Source of the DNA: Eledone cirrhosa
Taxonomy: Eukaryota
Direction: 5' to 3'
NCBI GenBank assembly: GCA_964016885.1
Contig: OZ024743.1
Coordinates: 200,570,001-200,634,000 of the forward strand
DNA: 64,000 bases
The position numbers and the translations under genes were made by a program. Under the pieces are notes generated by a model. It was given only the letters and a program-made list of their open reading frames with translations. It was not told where the DNA came from and searched no databases. Below, one piece after another: positions 25,247 through 38,443 of the stretch; the stretch's first letter is position 1; each line of letters starts with the position of its first letter.

Positions 25247-28200
25247 TCTTATATATAAAGTGAAGTTGGGCGTTGTTTGTTGTTTGTTTGGTGTCCCGAA
25301 CTTGCAGGCTACACCGTTCATCCGATTTTCATGAAACTTGACACATATATAAAACTCGACCCGTAGATTGGAATAGGCTATTTGAAATTTTCGAAAAATC
25401 GGGCCCCCAGAAGCCAAAAATCGATATTTTCAAAAATCGTCCGATTTCGATGAAACTCGACGCAAGTGTGTATTTTGATCCGGGGATGAACGTGGGCTAC
25501 ATTAAATTTTCGATAATTGGATAACATTTTCGATAATTAGATCACCAGAGGCAAAAATCTATATTTACTAAATTTGTTCGATTCCAATGAAATTTGACGT
25601 AGGTATGTATTTTGATGCGGGGTTCAACGTGGGTACTTGAAATTTCCAAACAAATTGATAATCGGACCCCCAGAGGCAAAAATCCGGCAACCGAAAAACG
25701 CCATTCTTCTTGCTTCTATTTGTCGCGACTCGTGCCATGCAAAAAATGTTCAATCTATCAGGATTATCCACTGTAAGTCTCTTTAAATTAACGCTCACCA
25801 TATTCAGCAAACCTTTTATGCCGATTCTTCCATTTCTTATATAAGGACTATCAACACTATACCGCCGCGCATCATCCTGTATTGCGCCCTGTCTTCTCAA
25901 GCGATCATCGAGCCTCCATGCGCTCTTCATTCCCGCCGTGGTCGCTCTACCGTAGCATAATGAGGCATCCGTCAACCCCTGCCCTTTCACTTCCCTGCAC
26001 GACGTCGACCCACTGCATCGTTGTGCATCACCATGTGCATCTCTGCCTTGTCAGCCGCAATTCATTCCCCGGCCCTTTCCATTGCCTGCCCTCCGTGGTC
26101 CCTAAGGACTGCCACGGCTCAACATGCCGAATCCCTGCCACCGTCCACTCCTGCCCATTTCCATTGCCTACACTCCGGGAGAGCTCGAGACTTCCATGCC
26201 TGACCAAGCCGCATCCCTGCCACCATCAAGTCCTGCCCTCTCCCTTCCCTGCACGCCGTCGTCCCACTGCATCGTCATGCCTCACCATGCCCATCCATGC
26301 TCTGTCGGCCGCCATGCCCTCCCCTGTCCTCTCCCTTACCCGCACGCCTTGGTCCTTCCCGAGTGCCATGGCTCACCATGCGGAATTCCTGCAACCGTCA
26401 ATCCCGGCCATCTCCCTTCCCTGCACGCCGTCGACCCACTGCATCGTTATGCCTCACCATGCCGCATCCATGTTAGCCGCCATCCCCTCCTCAGCCTTTT
26501 ATTTTGCCTGCCCGCCGTGCTCCTTCAAGACTGCCATGCCTAACCAAGACGCATCTGTGTAAGTCTTTTTACATTCATTTTGACCATATTTAACAAAATT
26601 AAACAAAAATTCATCCCTTTCTCCCCCAAAGCCTACCAATCATGTATGGCCGATAAATATCCTGCCTTGCACCCGGTTTTCTCAAACAATGATCGTGCCC
26701 CCCGGTGCTCTCTACATTCCCGAGGTGCAACTCAATTGGCATGCCGTATCCACGCCCTGTCAGCCGCCATGCACCCTGCCCTTTCGTCATGCCTCACCAT
26801 GCTGCATCCCTGCTCTGTCAGCCGCCATCCACTCCCCGACCCTCTCCACTGCCTAGACATGGCAGTCTTGAGGGACCAAGTCGCATCCCTATCACCGTCA
26901 ACCCCTGCCCTCTCCGTTCCCTGCACACCGTCGTCCCACTGCATCGTCATGCATCACCATGCCGCATCAATGCTCTGTCAGCTGCCATCCCCTCCTCGGC
27001 CCTTTCTCTTGCCTGCCCGCAGTGCTACCTCAAGACTGTCATGACTCACCATGCGGCATCCTTGCCACCGTCCACCCCTGCCCTCTTCCTTGCCTGCTGG
27101 CCGTCGTCCCACTGCATCATCATGACTCAGGATGCCGCATCCATTCACTGTCAGCCACCATCCCCTCCTCGGCCCTTTCTTTTGCCTGACCGCGGTGCTC
27201 CTTCAACACTCCCATGGCTATCTATGCCGCATCAATTCCTTGCCACCCGCTTAAACGTCATCAACATGGCTTATTGTTGCCCCATTTGACCACCGATCTT
27301 CGCAGGCTAAACACAATACCAACGTGCACGATAGTCCATGGTAAATCTTTTTAATTACATGTTAATCATGCTAAGCAAAGGATGAATAGCAACTCTTTCA
27401 TTTCTCCTGACATGCCTTTCTGTCAATTATGGCCGAGAAGCTTCTTGTGTAGCATCGCGTCTTCTCAAGCGATCAGCGTGTCTTCCACTGTCCTCACAAT
27501 TGACTCACAACGCCGCATCTATTCCTTGCGACGCCCCTAAACATCATCAGCATGGCTTATTTTTCTGCCGCGTTTAACCGGCCCCCATTCTAGGCCATAA
27601 ACAACAAAACCGCACGATGATGCTGCGTAAGTCTATTTAAATTAATGGTCAACATGTTCAACAAAACGATTGTACCAATTCTTCCTCTTCACCTCCAAGG
27701 CCTATCCATTACATCTTAGAGATCGGGATTCGCAATGTCTACGATTTCAATATTGACACAACAGTCCGTCAGGTTTTTCGCACATGTTGCTCCGATAGGA
27801 ATATCAACGTGATTTTCACTTAATTCGTAAGTGTTCAGTCTTCCGTATGCTTTTATTTTTTATTGATACAACACCGACTACAATCATCTAACTTCACTTT
27901 GTAGGCTAGACGCGAATCACAAGAAAAACAATCATCTGATATACAACCCCACCAAATTCTTTGGTCTACCTAGATTTCAATGGCTATATCCTTTGCTTTT
28001 GTACGGTTGTACATTTGACAATGTCGCAAAACATTATTCCACTTGATTCCTACCTTTCAGCTATGAATTGGGCAGTGCCTTAAAATCCAGGTTTATTTGC
28101 GTGCAATTTTTGGGTATCTTATGAATGGAGAATCGAAAACCCTTTTTCTCATAATCTGATACATGGGTTACACATGCTCCATGGATGTTTGTGGACTATT

Positions 28201-29022
28201 TTTTCAAAATACCAATATCACAGATTGGCGCACAAAAAGAAACGTTTGTTCTTCATTTATTTCGGTTAAAGCATCCTGCTGGAATTTAGCGCAGACCCGT
28301 TTAAATCAGGCGCCTTATAACCCCGAGTGTAACCGGGTACACCAGCTAGAAAGACAAATGGAAACATTGTTTCCTCGGTCCGATTTTACGAAAGTCGATT
28401 TAGTTCCACAACAAATTAACAAACCATACTTGAAGACACGTTGAGGCTGTTGCAAAGGGCAATAACCCTAGACACAATTTTGATCAACTTTTTTTCACCT
28501 ATAGCAAATTTACCGGGACAGGTTTTTAGCTACTCAAATCTACTTCAGAGGTCACGCATTCATGTAAAAAATCAATAAAACTGAAGCGGGGGTTCGACTT
28601 TGCGCAAAAAACAAGGCAAAGTTGCACATGGGTAAACCTTTTACAGGAACGTCCGATTTTCTTGAAAACTGTCGCAAAAGACTCGCCATTATGCCACAGT
28701 TCAGATAAAATCCCTTTTATTTCTTCTTCTGCACATGTGATGGCGAAAATTGTAAAAAAGAAAAAAACTGTGAAAAAATCTAATTTTTCATCCTGCTTTA
28801 AAAATCAACTGAAAATTCAATTTCAAGTGAATTTGACTTCCGTCAGTCGTGCAAAGAACAATTTCAACGATACACTGTGTACCTACAATTGAACCATTAC
28901 ACACCTGCGTCTACTAACCTCTGTTTTTTTTTCCTTGAGATGCGCGGGAAGTAACTTTCACACATTTTAACAATAGAACAAAGGTCGACTTATACCCGGG
29001 CAACGCCGGATACTTCTGCTAG
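25247..29022 (+). mobile_element. Composite non-autonomous Helitron
   Basis: 5' A|TCTTATATATAAAG; 3' hairpin CCCGGGCAACGCCGG then CTGCTAG|T (A-T target, no TSD). A second internal 3' end CCCGAGTGTAACCGGG...CTAG ends at 28349. No RepHel ORF. Confidence 0.8.
25890..27290 (+). repeat. GC-rich imperfect internal repeats of the Helitron
   Basis: Variants of CCGTCAACCCCTGCCCT...CCCACTGCATCGTCATGC at ~25969, 26221, 26395, 26895 and 27068. Confidence 0.85.
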
Positions 29023-29054
29023 TATATATATAAGTAGTTCCACAACAGTTAGTT

Positions 29055-29114
29055 CATCTTACCGAGAGCAAATGTTTCGCCTTATTCGGATCCTCAGCTC
29101 AACGAATAAGGTGA
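29055..29114 (-). ncRNA. Degenerate type I hammerhead in a small fold-back module
   Basis: Minus strand gag-CTGAGGA-tccgaataaggc-GAAA-catttg-CT-ctc with extended helix I; U16.1 is replaced by C. Confidence 0.5.
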
Positions 29115-29219
29115 AAAATATGGTGAACTAAGTGTTGTGGAACTACTTCTACCAAACTCGTCCCGTGGACTGGGTGCGTTACTACTACAGATACAACCCT
29201 CCAGTGTTCTATTATATGT

Positions 29220-29722
29220 TTCAGGGGTTTAGGGGGTTTAGAGGGCTTGAAGGATTTAGGAACATTAGGCGGTTTCGAGAGTTCAAGTTGTTTCCGGGGT
29301 GTCGGGGGTTTTGGCGGTTTCCGGGTATTCGGGATATTAGGCGGTTTCGGGGCTTTCGGGATATTAGGCAGTTTCGGAGATTAAGTGGTTTCGGGGTTTT
29401 GGGGAGTTTAGGTGTTTTATGCGGTTTCAGGGGTTTAGGCGGTTTCAAAGGTTTAGGCGGTTTCGGGGATTTTGGAGGTTTCGGGGGTTAGAGGGTAGGC
29501 GGTTTCGGGCTTTACTGGTTTAGGGGGTTTTCGAGGGGTTGGGAGGTTTCGGGGGTTTCGGGGTATAGGTGCTTTCGAGGGTTTCGGGGGAAGAAGAAGG
29601 AGGAGGAGGAGGAGCTGGAGGAGGAGGAAGCGGAGGGGGTAGATGAAGAAGAAGAAGAAGAAGAAGAAGAAGAAGAAGAAGAAGAAGAAGAAGAAGAAGA
29701 AGAAGACGACGACGACGACGAC
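29220..29722. repeat. G-skewed degenerate repeat (GGTTTCGGG/TTAGG) followed by (GAG)/(GAA)n/(GAC)
   Basis: Recurrent TTAGGCGGTTTCGGG-like words in 29220-29590, then trinucleotide runs. Confidence 0.85.
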
Positions 29723-29902
29723 ACATTATCAATAAAAAAAATCTGCGTATTTGATAAAACGATGTAATATTTGTACACGTTAATAAGAGAAAGACAAAAA
29801 GAAATGAATAAATAGATCAGAATCCAAAGATTTCTTTAATGATCTCTTTTATGTAAGCCTAAAAGTTAAGTATTTATTAAATAATTAGCTTTTATTATGT
29901 AA

Positions 29903-30519
29903 GGCAGTATCGGTAGAGAGTCGGACGCCATGCTTTGACGCATAGAGTTACGGCCCTTGCTATTCTGAATTCCAATCCCGCCGAGGTTAACTTTGCCTTT
30001 CATCCTTACGGGGTCGATAAAAATAAAGTACCAGTAATGCACTGGGTAATTGCTGGCCTTGTGCTAAAAGTAGAAACAATTATGTAACTATACAAAGGCG
30101 TTGGATTGGCAGTATCAGTAGAGGGTCGGACGCATAGAGTTACGTCCCTTTATGATCTGAGTCCAAATCCCGCCAAGGTTAGCTTTGCCTTTCACCCTTA
30201 CAGGGTCGATAAAATAAAGTACGAGTCACGCACTGGGGTCTATTTAATCGATTTCCCCTCCCCCCAAATTACTGGCCTTGCTTGGGCCTGTAGTAGAAAC
30301 CATGATATAACTATATAGGGGGTGGTGGATTGGCAGTATCGGTAGAGGGTCGGACGCCATGCTTTGCAGCATAGATTTTCGGCCCTTTATGATCTATGTT
30401 CAAATCCCGCCGAGGTTAACTTTGCCTTTCATCCTTACAGGGTCGATAAAATAAAGTACCAGTCACGCACTGTGGCCGATTTAATCTACTCCCCCCAAGA
30501 AAAAATTACTGGCCTTGTG
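29903..30519 (+). mobile_element. Three tandem copies of SINE family 1
   Basis: Consensus GGTGGATTGGCAGTATCGGTAGAG...GTTCAAATCCCGCCGAGGTTAACTTTGCCTTTCATCC...GTACCAGT...GGCCTTGTG at ~29903, 30097 and 30320. Confidence 0.9.
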
Positions 30520-30525
30520 TAAATA

Positions 30526-30733
30526 TCGATTGACTTTCGTCAAATCGGACCGAGGAAACAATGTTTCCGTTGGTCTTTCCAGTTGCTAATATTATCTACC
30601 AGTCGCAACTCGAGGTAGAAGGAGCAACTTGAAATAAAGTGTCTTGCTCAAGGACATAACGCATCGCCCGGTCCAAGAATCGAACTCACAACCTCAAGAT
30701 TGTGAATCCAATTCTCTAACCACTCAGCCACAC
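30526..30733 (-). mobile_element. SINE family 2
   Basis: Reverse complement of 22396-22602. Confidence 0.85.
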
Positions 30734-31233
30734 ATATAAATATATATGTTTTTAATCTGAAAAATTATTGTTTCTACTTTTGGCACAAGGCCAGCAATTA
30801 TCTCAGTGCATTACTGGTACTAATTACACATTCATTTCAAGAACAGGCTGTATTTACAATCCTATAAATTGTAACAGTCGTCGCGAGAGCCAGCGGAGAT
30901 CTAATACACATTCATATATTTGTTTATAACAAACACACTCTCACACAAACACACAAACACATACAAACACACACTCTCACACACATTTATATATTTGTTT
31001 ATATATGAATGTGTGTTTGTTTGTGTGTGTGGGAGGGCGTTGCGTTTGTGTATATGAGTGTATGAGAGTGTGTGTTTGTGTGTGTGTGTTTGTGTGAGAG
31101 TGTGTTTGTTGTGTGTGTGTTTGTATATTTGTGTGTGTTTGTGTGTATGTGTCTGTGTGTGTTTGTGTGTTTGTGTGTGTGTGTGTGAGTGTGTGTATGT
31201 GTGTATGAGTGTGTGTGTGTGTTTGTGTGTGTG

Positions 31234-31294
<61 letters not shown>

Positions 31295-31509
31295 ATCTGT
31301 TTGTTTATCTGTTTGTTAACAGAAGAGAAGGGGGTGTTTAACATTCTAATTCCAAATGGCGACAACACAAGACCTTAGAGAAAGCAAGTATTGGGAGGAA
31401 GACACTTGCCGAATGTGACGATTTAATAAATCTAAGTTCCCGCCCCGATTACACCCCCCGCCCCACACACACATATATATATATATATATATGTGTGCGT
31501 ATATATATG

Positions 31510-31624
<115 letters not shown>

Positions 31625-31638
31625 ATATATATGTGTGT

Positions 31639-31677
<39 letters not shown>

Positions 31678-31718
31678 CATATATAAATATATATATATGT
31701 ATATATATATATACTTAT

Positions 31719-31770
<52 letters not shown>

Positions 31771-31778
31771 ATAATTAT

Positions 31779-31834
<56 letters not shown>

Positions 31835-31883
31835 AAGTATGACCCCGACGGCAGAGCTCAAGCCGTTTCGACGGCTATTTCTG

Positions 31884-31960
<77 letters not shown>

Positions 31961-32363
31961 TATATGTATATGTGTGTGTGTGTGTATAATCAACAGAGGC
32001 CGCGTTCAATGCCTTACAGAAGATAAAAATGTCCATGCTATTCGGTCGTCAACCAACTTACTTTATTTATAATAACAACAAAAAACAATAACAACTAAAA
32101 AAAAAAAACGAAAATGAATCTCCAAAACAAGACATAAAGAACAAACTCTGCCTTGACTACCATTATCAATAACGCTTGCTTCAACAACAACAACAACAAC
32201 ACTACAACCTTAACAGCAATGCCAGCATCACTAGCACCAACACCACCATTACCAACATAACTGACACCGCCAACACCATCACCTTTAGCACTGATGTCAT
32301 CACCACCTGTAGGAACACCACCATCACTAGATCCAACACACTAGCATCAACATGATCATCATC

Positions 32364-33003
32364 AATAACTGTTTCTATTTTTGGCACAAGGCCAACAATT
32401 ATCCTCCAGTGCATTACTGGTACCTTATTTTATCGATTCCGTAAGGATGAAAGGCGAAGTTAACCTCGGCAGGATTTGAACTCAGACCATAAAGGGACAT
32501 AACTCTATGCTGCAAAGCATGGTGTCCGACTCTCTACCGATACTGCCAATTCACCAACACATCATCATCATTAACACCAACACATCATCATCATTAGCAA
32601 CGAAACATCATCATCATTAGCACCAACACGTCATCTTGGCAGTATCGGTAGAGAGTCGGACACCATGTTTTGCATACGGTCTGAGTTCAAATCCCGCCGG
32701 GGTTATATTTGCCTTTCATCCTTACCAGGTCGATAAAATATAGTACCAGTGTTGCACTGGGGTAATTGCTGGCCTTGTGCCAAGAATAGAAACAATTATT
32801 AACACCAGCAGGCGGTGGATTGGAAGAATCGGTAGAGCGTTGGACACCATGCTTTGTAGCATAGAATTATGGCCCTGTATGGTCTGAGTTCAAATCCCGC
32901 CGAGGTTAACTTTGTCTTTCATCCTTACGGGGTTGATAAAATAAATTACCAGTAATACACTGGGATAATTGCTGGCCTTGTACCAAAAGTAGAAGCAATT
33001 ATT
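32364..33003. mobile_element. Three SINE family 1 copies (32364-32556 minus; 32637-32800 and 32810-33003 plus) within (CAT)n-rich sequence
   Basis: Same consensus as the 29903-30519 copies. Confidence 0.88.
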
Positions 33004-33332
33004 AACACCATCGCATCATCATCATTAGCCCAACACATCATCATCATTAGCCCAACACATCATCATCACTATCATCATCACTAGCATCACACATCCTAAT
33101 ATCATCACTCGCTACCACCAACACCAACAGTAAAAAACCCATCATCAATACAACGAACACTGTCCTGACAGATGAATAAACCTCTTATGTTGTTGAAGAT
33201 CGTAAAAAACATGGCTATCATATCACCACATCACATATCACATTTATTTCCTCCACCTCAGCAAATTCTATACCCCTTGGCCTGTGTCACTACCGGAAAA
33301 GGTTTCATTGTTTTAAGGGTTCTTTATATTTG

Positions 33333-33454
<122 letters not shown>

Positions 33455-33486
33455 AATGTATGTATGTATATATATATATGTATATA

Positions 33487-33572
<86 letters not shown>

Positions 33573-33573
33573 A

Positions 33574-33611
<38 letters not shown>

Positions 33612-33662
33612 CATATATATATATATGTATATACGTATATATATATATATATATAATATGTA

Positions 33663-33694
<32 letters not shown>

Positions 33695-34043
33695 CATATA
33701 TATTGTTAATTATTATTTAATTATTTTTTTATTTTCCTGTTCTGATTATTATTGTTGTTGCTGTCGTTTCTTTCTCTTACTCTTTCATTTCTTCTTCCTT
33801 TCCTCTCCTTTTTCTTTTCTATTTGACATAAATGAACACAAAAAGAAAACTGAGATATATTGTTAGTTTCGCAGATGGACATGGAGAGATAATGGCCCCT
33901 TGCTGTGATGTACGGATTGGCTGGTTGAAATGGTCGAGCTCTGAAACTTTTTAGTTCGTTTCGGTTGCAAAGCTAGATTTCTTCTAGCTACCTCCTCCCA
34001 CCCCCACAACGCCCGAATCAACTGATACTAATAATAACAATAA

Positions 34044-34228
34044 TAATTGTTTCTACTTTTGGCACAAGGCCAGCAATTTCCCAGTGTATTACTGGTACTT
34101 TATTTTATCGACCCCGTAAGGATGAAAGGCAAAGTTAACCTCGGCGGGATTTGAACTCAGAATGGCAAGGACCGTAACTCTATGCGTCAAAGCATGGCGT
34201 CCGACCCTCTACCGATACTGCCAATTCA
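34044..34228 (-). mobile_element. SINE family 1
   Basis: Full reverse-complement match to the consensus. Further minus copies at 35793-36008 and 43366-43514; fragments at 30765-30821 and 44362-44410. Confidence 0.88.
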
Positions 34229-34234
34229 ATGATT

Positions 34235-35577
34235 TCATTTATTAGCCACAAGGGCCGACATGTAGGAGACAATACAAAGACAGGGACAGTGGGGTTTACA
34301 ATAAGGTCGAGTAAAAGTGCACAATGGCAAGACTAATTTAACAATGAAGATATAAAAATATAAAATAAACTATGCATAAATATAACAAAATAAATTCCCC
34401 GATAAGGGGTGGACGACCCTGGGGTGCTTCGGGTACCCCACCAATCCTGAACCACACTGAGCTTCTAGGGCACCCAGGGAGAGCACCCCTCTCCTCAAGT
34501 TTGCTAGCCTATAGGCGCATGGTCAGAGTAGGCCCATTCACACCAGCCATTCTCGCCACATTCATCCACCTTTTAGCAAATGTACTGGGGGGCAGCACTT
34601 CTCTCTCCACCCTCACCTTCCTTTCCAGGTGAAACTTGAAGAAGTTGATGAGGGATTGGCCGAAGAGAAAAGTGTCTGTCTTCAGTCTTTTTAATCTGGT
34701 CCACCATATAACCTCTTTCGCAACTGCCACCAGGTAGAGGAAAATTTCCTGCTCTTCCTGACCTAAGGAGGGCGGCGGGTCGATCTTCACTATGGACTCA
34801 GCCGATAGCCGGATTCGTTCCACACGCGACAGTAGCTGTTTGATATAACTCCTCAAGTCAGTAATGCACGGACATTGGACAAGTGCAGAACGGTTTCGAC
34901 GTTCTGTGCGCATCTTGGGCAGGTTCGTCTGACAGCACTTCCGTGCCTGTAGAGTTTATCCCGAACCGGCAGTGCCCCCCGGTAGCACTGCCAAGCGAGG
35001 GATTTCTGGAAATTGTACATCGTCCCCGGCTCGAAAGTCCTCCGGTACAGACTGGTCAGTTCGACTTCGTCGAGGCCCAAAGCTCCTTCGAGTGCGTCAT
35101 CGCACTTGCCCACCACTAATCCTCTATAGAACTCGAGAGTGGAAGTTCCACTGATCGCATTGCCCGCTTGGTAGAGGGCAGTGAGTGCCTGGCAACATTC
35201 CAGGTGCCAGTCACCCAGTCTCGGTCTCTTCTTGACCCAAGACTGCAGCTCAGTCAAAGAAATGAGCTGCGGAATGGTTCGTCTGATAAACGGTGACCAC
35301 ACCTGTTGACCGTTTAGGCAGAATATCTGGAGATGTCGCAGCCTCAACGCTTGTCTGCGCATCATTAGCCACGGCATGCCCAGCCCTCCGCGTAGAGGGT
35401 GCTGGCAGCAGATGGACCGCCTCACCAACGGAACTTGTCCCCTCCACAAGAATTTGAAGAGGAGCCGTTCCAACTTGACGAGGCGCAGACGGGGGCAAGG
35501 CACGACGGTCAGACGGTAGTAGATGACGGACGCGATGTACGCATTCGCCACCTCCGCGCGACCTTTCAGTGATAGCT
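34235..35577 (-). mobile_element. 5'-truncated Tx1 3' fragment of a more diverged subfamily (C)
   Basis: ORFs 34853..35551 and 34509..34913 (ANAYIASVIYYRLTVVPCP...CPRC...ETVLH) are homologous to the ORF2 C-terminus. AATAAA present; not flanked by GATA. Confidence 0.9.
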
Positions 35578-36009
35578 AATAATAATAGTGATTATGGTAA
35601 TGATAATTCTTCTCTCCACCCTTATTTTGTTAGAACCAAAAGAACAGTGTATCATTTTTCTTTTATGTCATTCTTACTTTTCCTCTTTTTTTTTTTGCTC
35701 TTGATATTGATGTCGATGTTGCTGTTGCTATTGCTGTTGTTTTTAAGGTGGTGGTGGTAGTGGTGGTGGTGGTGTTGATGGTTGTACTAGCGGTTTCTTA
35801 TATAGGCACAAGGCCAGCAATTTTTTGGTGGGGAGGGGTAAGTCAATTAAATCTACCCCAGTGCGTTACTGGTACTTTATTTTATCGACCCCGTAAGGAT
35901 GAAAGGCAAAGTTAACCTCGGCGGGATTTGAACTTAGATCATAAAGGGCCGTACCTCTATGCTGCAATGCAGGGTGTCCGACTCTCTACCGATACTGGCA
36001 ATCTACCGT

Positions 36010-37320
36010 CCTGATGGTGGCGGTGCTGCTGATGGTGATGCCGATGGTGATGGTACTGGTGATGGTAGAGCTGAGCTGGTGGTGATGATGTTGATGGTAG
36101 TGATATGTTGTTGTTGTTTTTATGTTGATGATGATGATGCTGATAGCGATGGTACTGGTGATGGTAGAGCTGGTGGTGGTGATGACGTTGATGGTAGTGA
36201 TATGTTGTTGCTGTTGTTGTTGTTGTTTTAATGGTGATGATGATGATGCTGATAGCGATGGTACTGGTGATGGTAGAGCTGGTGGTGGTGATGACGTTGA
36301 TGGTTGTTGCTGTTGTTGTAGTTGTGGTTGTTATTTGCCGCTAGCGAGTTCACAGACAATCATATATACTGTCATTTAACATTAGTTTAAATTAGGCTGC
36401 AAACAAGAAAGAACAAGACTTTCTTCTTAGGAATGTTCAACCATTAACATTTAAGAAAGATAGATGCGGACACAAGAAGACAGAAGAAAAACAGTAATAA
36501 ATCTTTTGAATATCAAAATTTACTACTTCATCATATAGCACCACTTCCACTACTACCATCACCATCACCATCACCAGTGCCTTCATCACCACCACCACCA
36601 CTGCCACCTTCAACTCCACTACCACCAACACCACCATCACCTCCACTTCCGCCGCCATCTCCTCCATCACTTCCACTTCCACCACCACCATCACCAGTGC
36701 CTTCACCACCACCATCACCAGTGCCTTCATCACCACCACTACCACCACCTCCACCACCACCACTGCCACCTTCACCTCCACTACCACCAACACCACTATC
36801 ACCTCCACCACCATCACCATCACCCCCCCCCCCCACTTCCGCCACCATCTCCTCCATCACTTCCACTTCCACCACCACCATCACCAGTGCCTTCACCACC
36901 ACCACCACCACCACCTCCACCACCTTCACCACCACTACCACCAACACCGCCATCACCTCTACCTCTTCCACCACCACCATCACCAGTACCTTCACCACCA
37001 CCACCACCACCACCACCACCTCCACCGCTTTCACCTCCACTCCCACCAACACCGCCATCGTCTCTAGATCTTCCACCACCACCACCATCACCAGTACCTT
37101 CACCACCACCAGCTCCACTACCACCAACGCCGCCATCGCCTCCTCCACCAGCATCACCAGAGCCACCTCCACTATCGTCACCACCACCACCACCACAATT
37201 ACCTCCACCACTTCCACATCCACCGCCACCACTATCACCTCCACCACCACCACCACCACCACCACCACCACCACCACCACCACCACCACCACCACCACCA
37301 CCACCACCACCGCCACCGAC
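36010..37320. repeat. (GGT/GAT)-rich and (ACC/CAC)-rich trinucleotide low-complexity tracts
   Basis: 36010-36330 includes an internal duplication of ~110 bp; 36536-37320 is degenerate (ACC)n. Confidence 0.9.
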
Positions 37321-37589
37321 GACAAACAAGAGCCATTACCTTTGTCATTCTTTCTTTCCTTCATACATTGCTCGTTGACGTTGACATTCTCCAAGACATT
37401 ATTCAAGATAAAGATCATCAGAACGAATCATATGAAATGTTTTGTTTTTTTTAAGATATATGTTTGTATATATGTATGTATGCCTATGTATGTCGTATGT
37501 CTATGCATACGCATATATATATATATATATATATATAGGTGTGTGCGTGTGTACGTCTGTATGTGTATTTATGCGTATATATATATATG

Positions 37590-37666
<77 letters not shown>

Positions 37667-37670
37667 CATA

Positions 37671-38335
37671 TTGTAAACAAACAGCCCGAATTAAGCCGTA
37701 CAGTGCTCGGCAACCATCGTCGCCCTTTTGTTCAACACTGACACAGGAACGATGTACTAGTTTCAAGCTTATTAGCTATCGTCAGCACTGTATACCTTCC
37801 TGCCAGATGATTGAACGTTTGAAAGTATATACTTTCCTTATGCATATTAACGGCTGAGCAGTCTAATTTGCATATCCAGTGAGTTAGTCGGCCGGGCGGA
37901 CCGAAAGCGATAAATGGAAAAGAATGAAACGAAATTTCATTTCTCACTCTTAGTACGGCTGATACCTAAATATAAGTATGTATACGTACATACATATATG
38001 TGTACAGACGTACACGAAAGGTATACGATGCTGACGATAGCTAATAAGCTTGAAACTAGTACATCGTTCCTGTGTCAGTGTTGAACAAAAGGGTGACGAT
38101 GGTTGCCGAGCACTGTACGACGTAATTCAGGCTGTTTGTTTACAAATATACCGAACATTATAATAAATGTTCGGTAAACCCATACGTACATATATATATG
38201 TGTGCATATATGTATATATATACATACTACTATACGTCTGTACAGATATATGTATGTACGTATACATATTTATATTTAGTTAACATCCGTACTAAGAGTG
38301 AGAAATGAAATTTCGTTCCATTCTTTTCCATTTAT
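37671..38335. mobile_element. Hammerhead-bearing retrozyme/PLE-like element, family A, locus 1 (two partial monomers in inverted orientation)
   Basis: 37671-38013 is the antisense and 38017-38335 the sense part of the same unit; flanked by (TA)n; homologous to 54014-54730. Confidence 0.8.
38025..38067 (+). ncRNA. Type I hammerhead ribozyme with minimal palindromic helix III
   Basis: acgatg-CTGACGA-tagc taataa gctt-GAAA-CTAG-TA-catcgt: complete core and 6-bp helix I. An inverted copy lies at 37749-37791. Confidence 0.88.
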
Positions 38336-38376
38336 ATATATATAAGAACAAAAGATGGTTAAAAGAGTTCCATGTA

Positions 38377-38443
38377 TTTTATTATGCGCATTTCAAAAAC
38401 AAATATCATCATGCAATAATATTTGTGTTTTCATCAGATAAAA
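38377..38443 (-). ncRNA. Type I hammerhead ribozyme
   Basis: Minus strand ttttat-CTGATGA-[acaaatatt...gatatttgt stem]-GAAA-TGCGCA-TA-ataaaa. Confidence 0.87.

Noticed and set aside
25882-27289. His/Pro/Cys-rich ORFs inside the Helitron as a RepHel or captured protein
   Set aside because: No Rep or helicase motifs; the ORFs arise from C-rich repeats open in multiple frames.
36437-37857. Pro/Thr/Gly/Val-rich ORFs resembling mucin or extensin
   Set aside because: Translations of degenerate (ACC)n, open in several frames on both strands and running into (TA)n.
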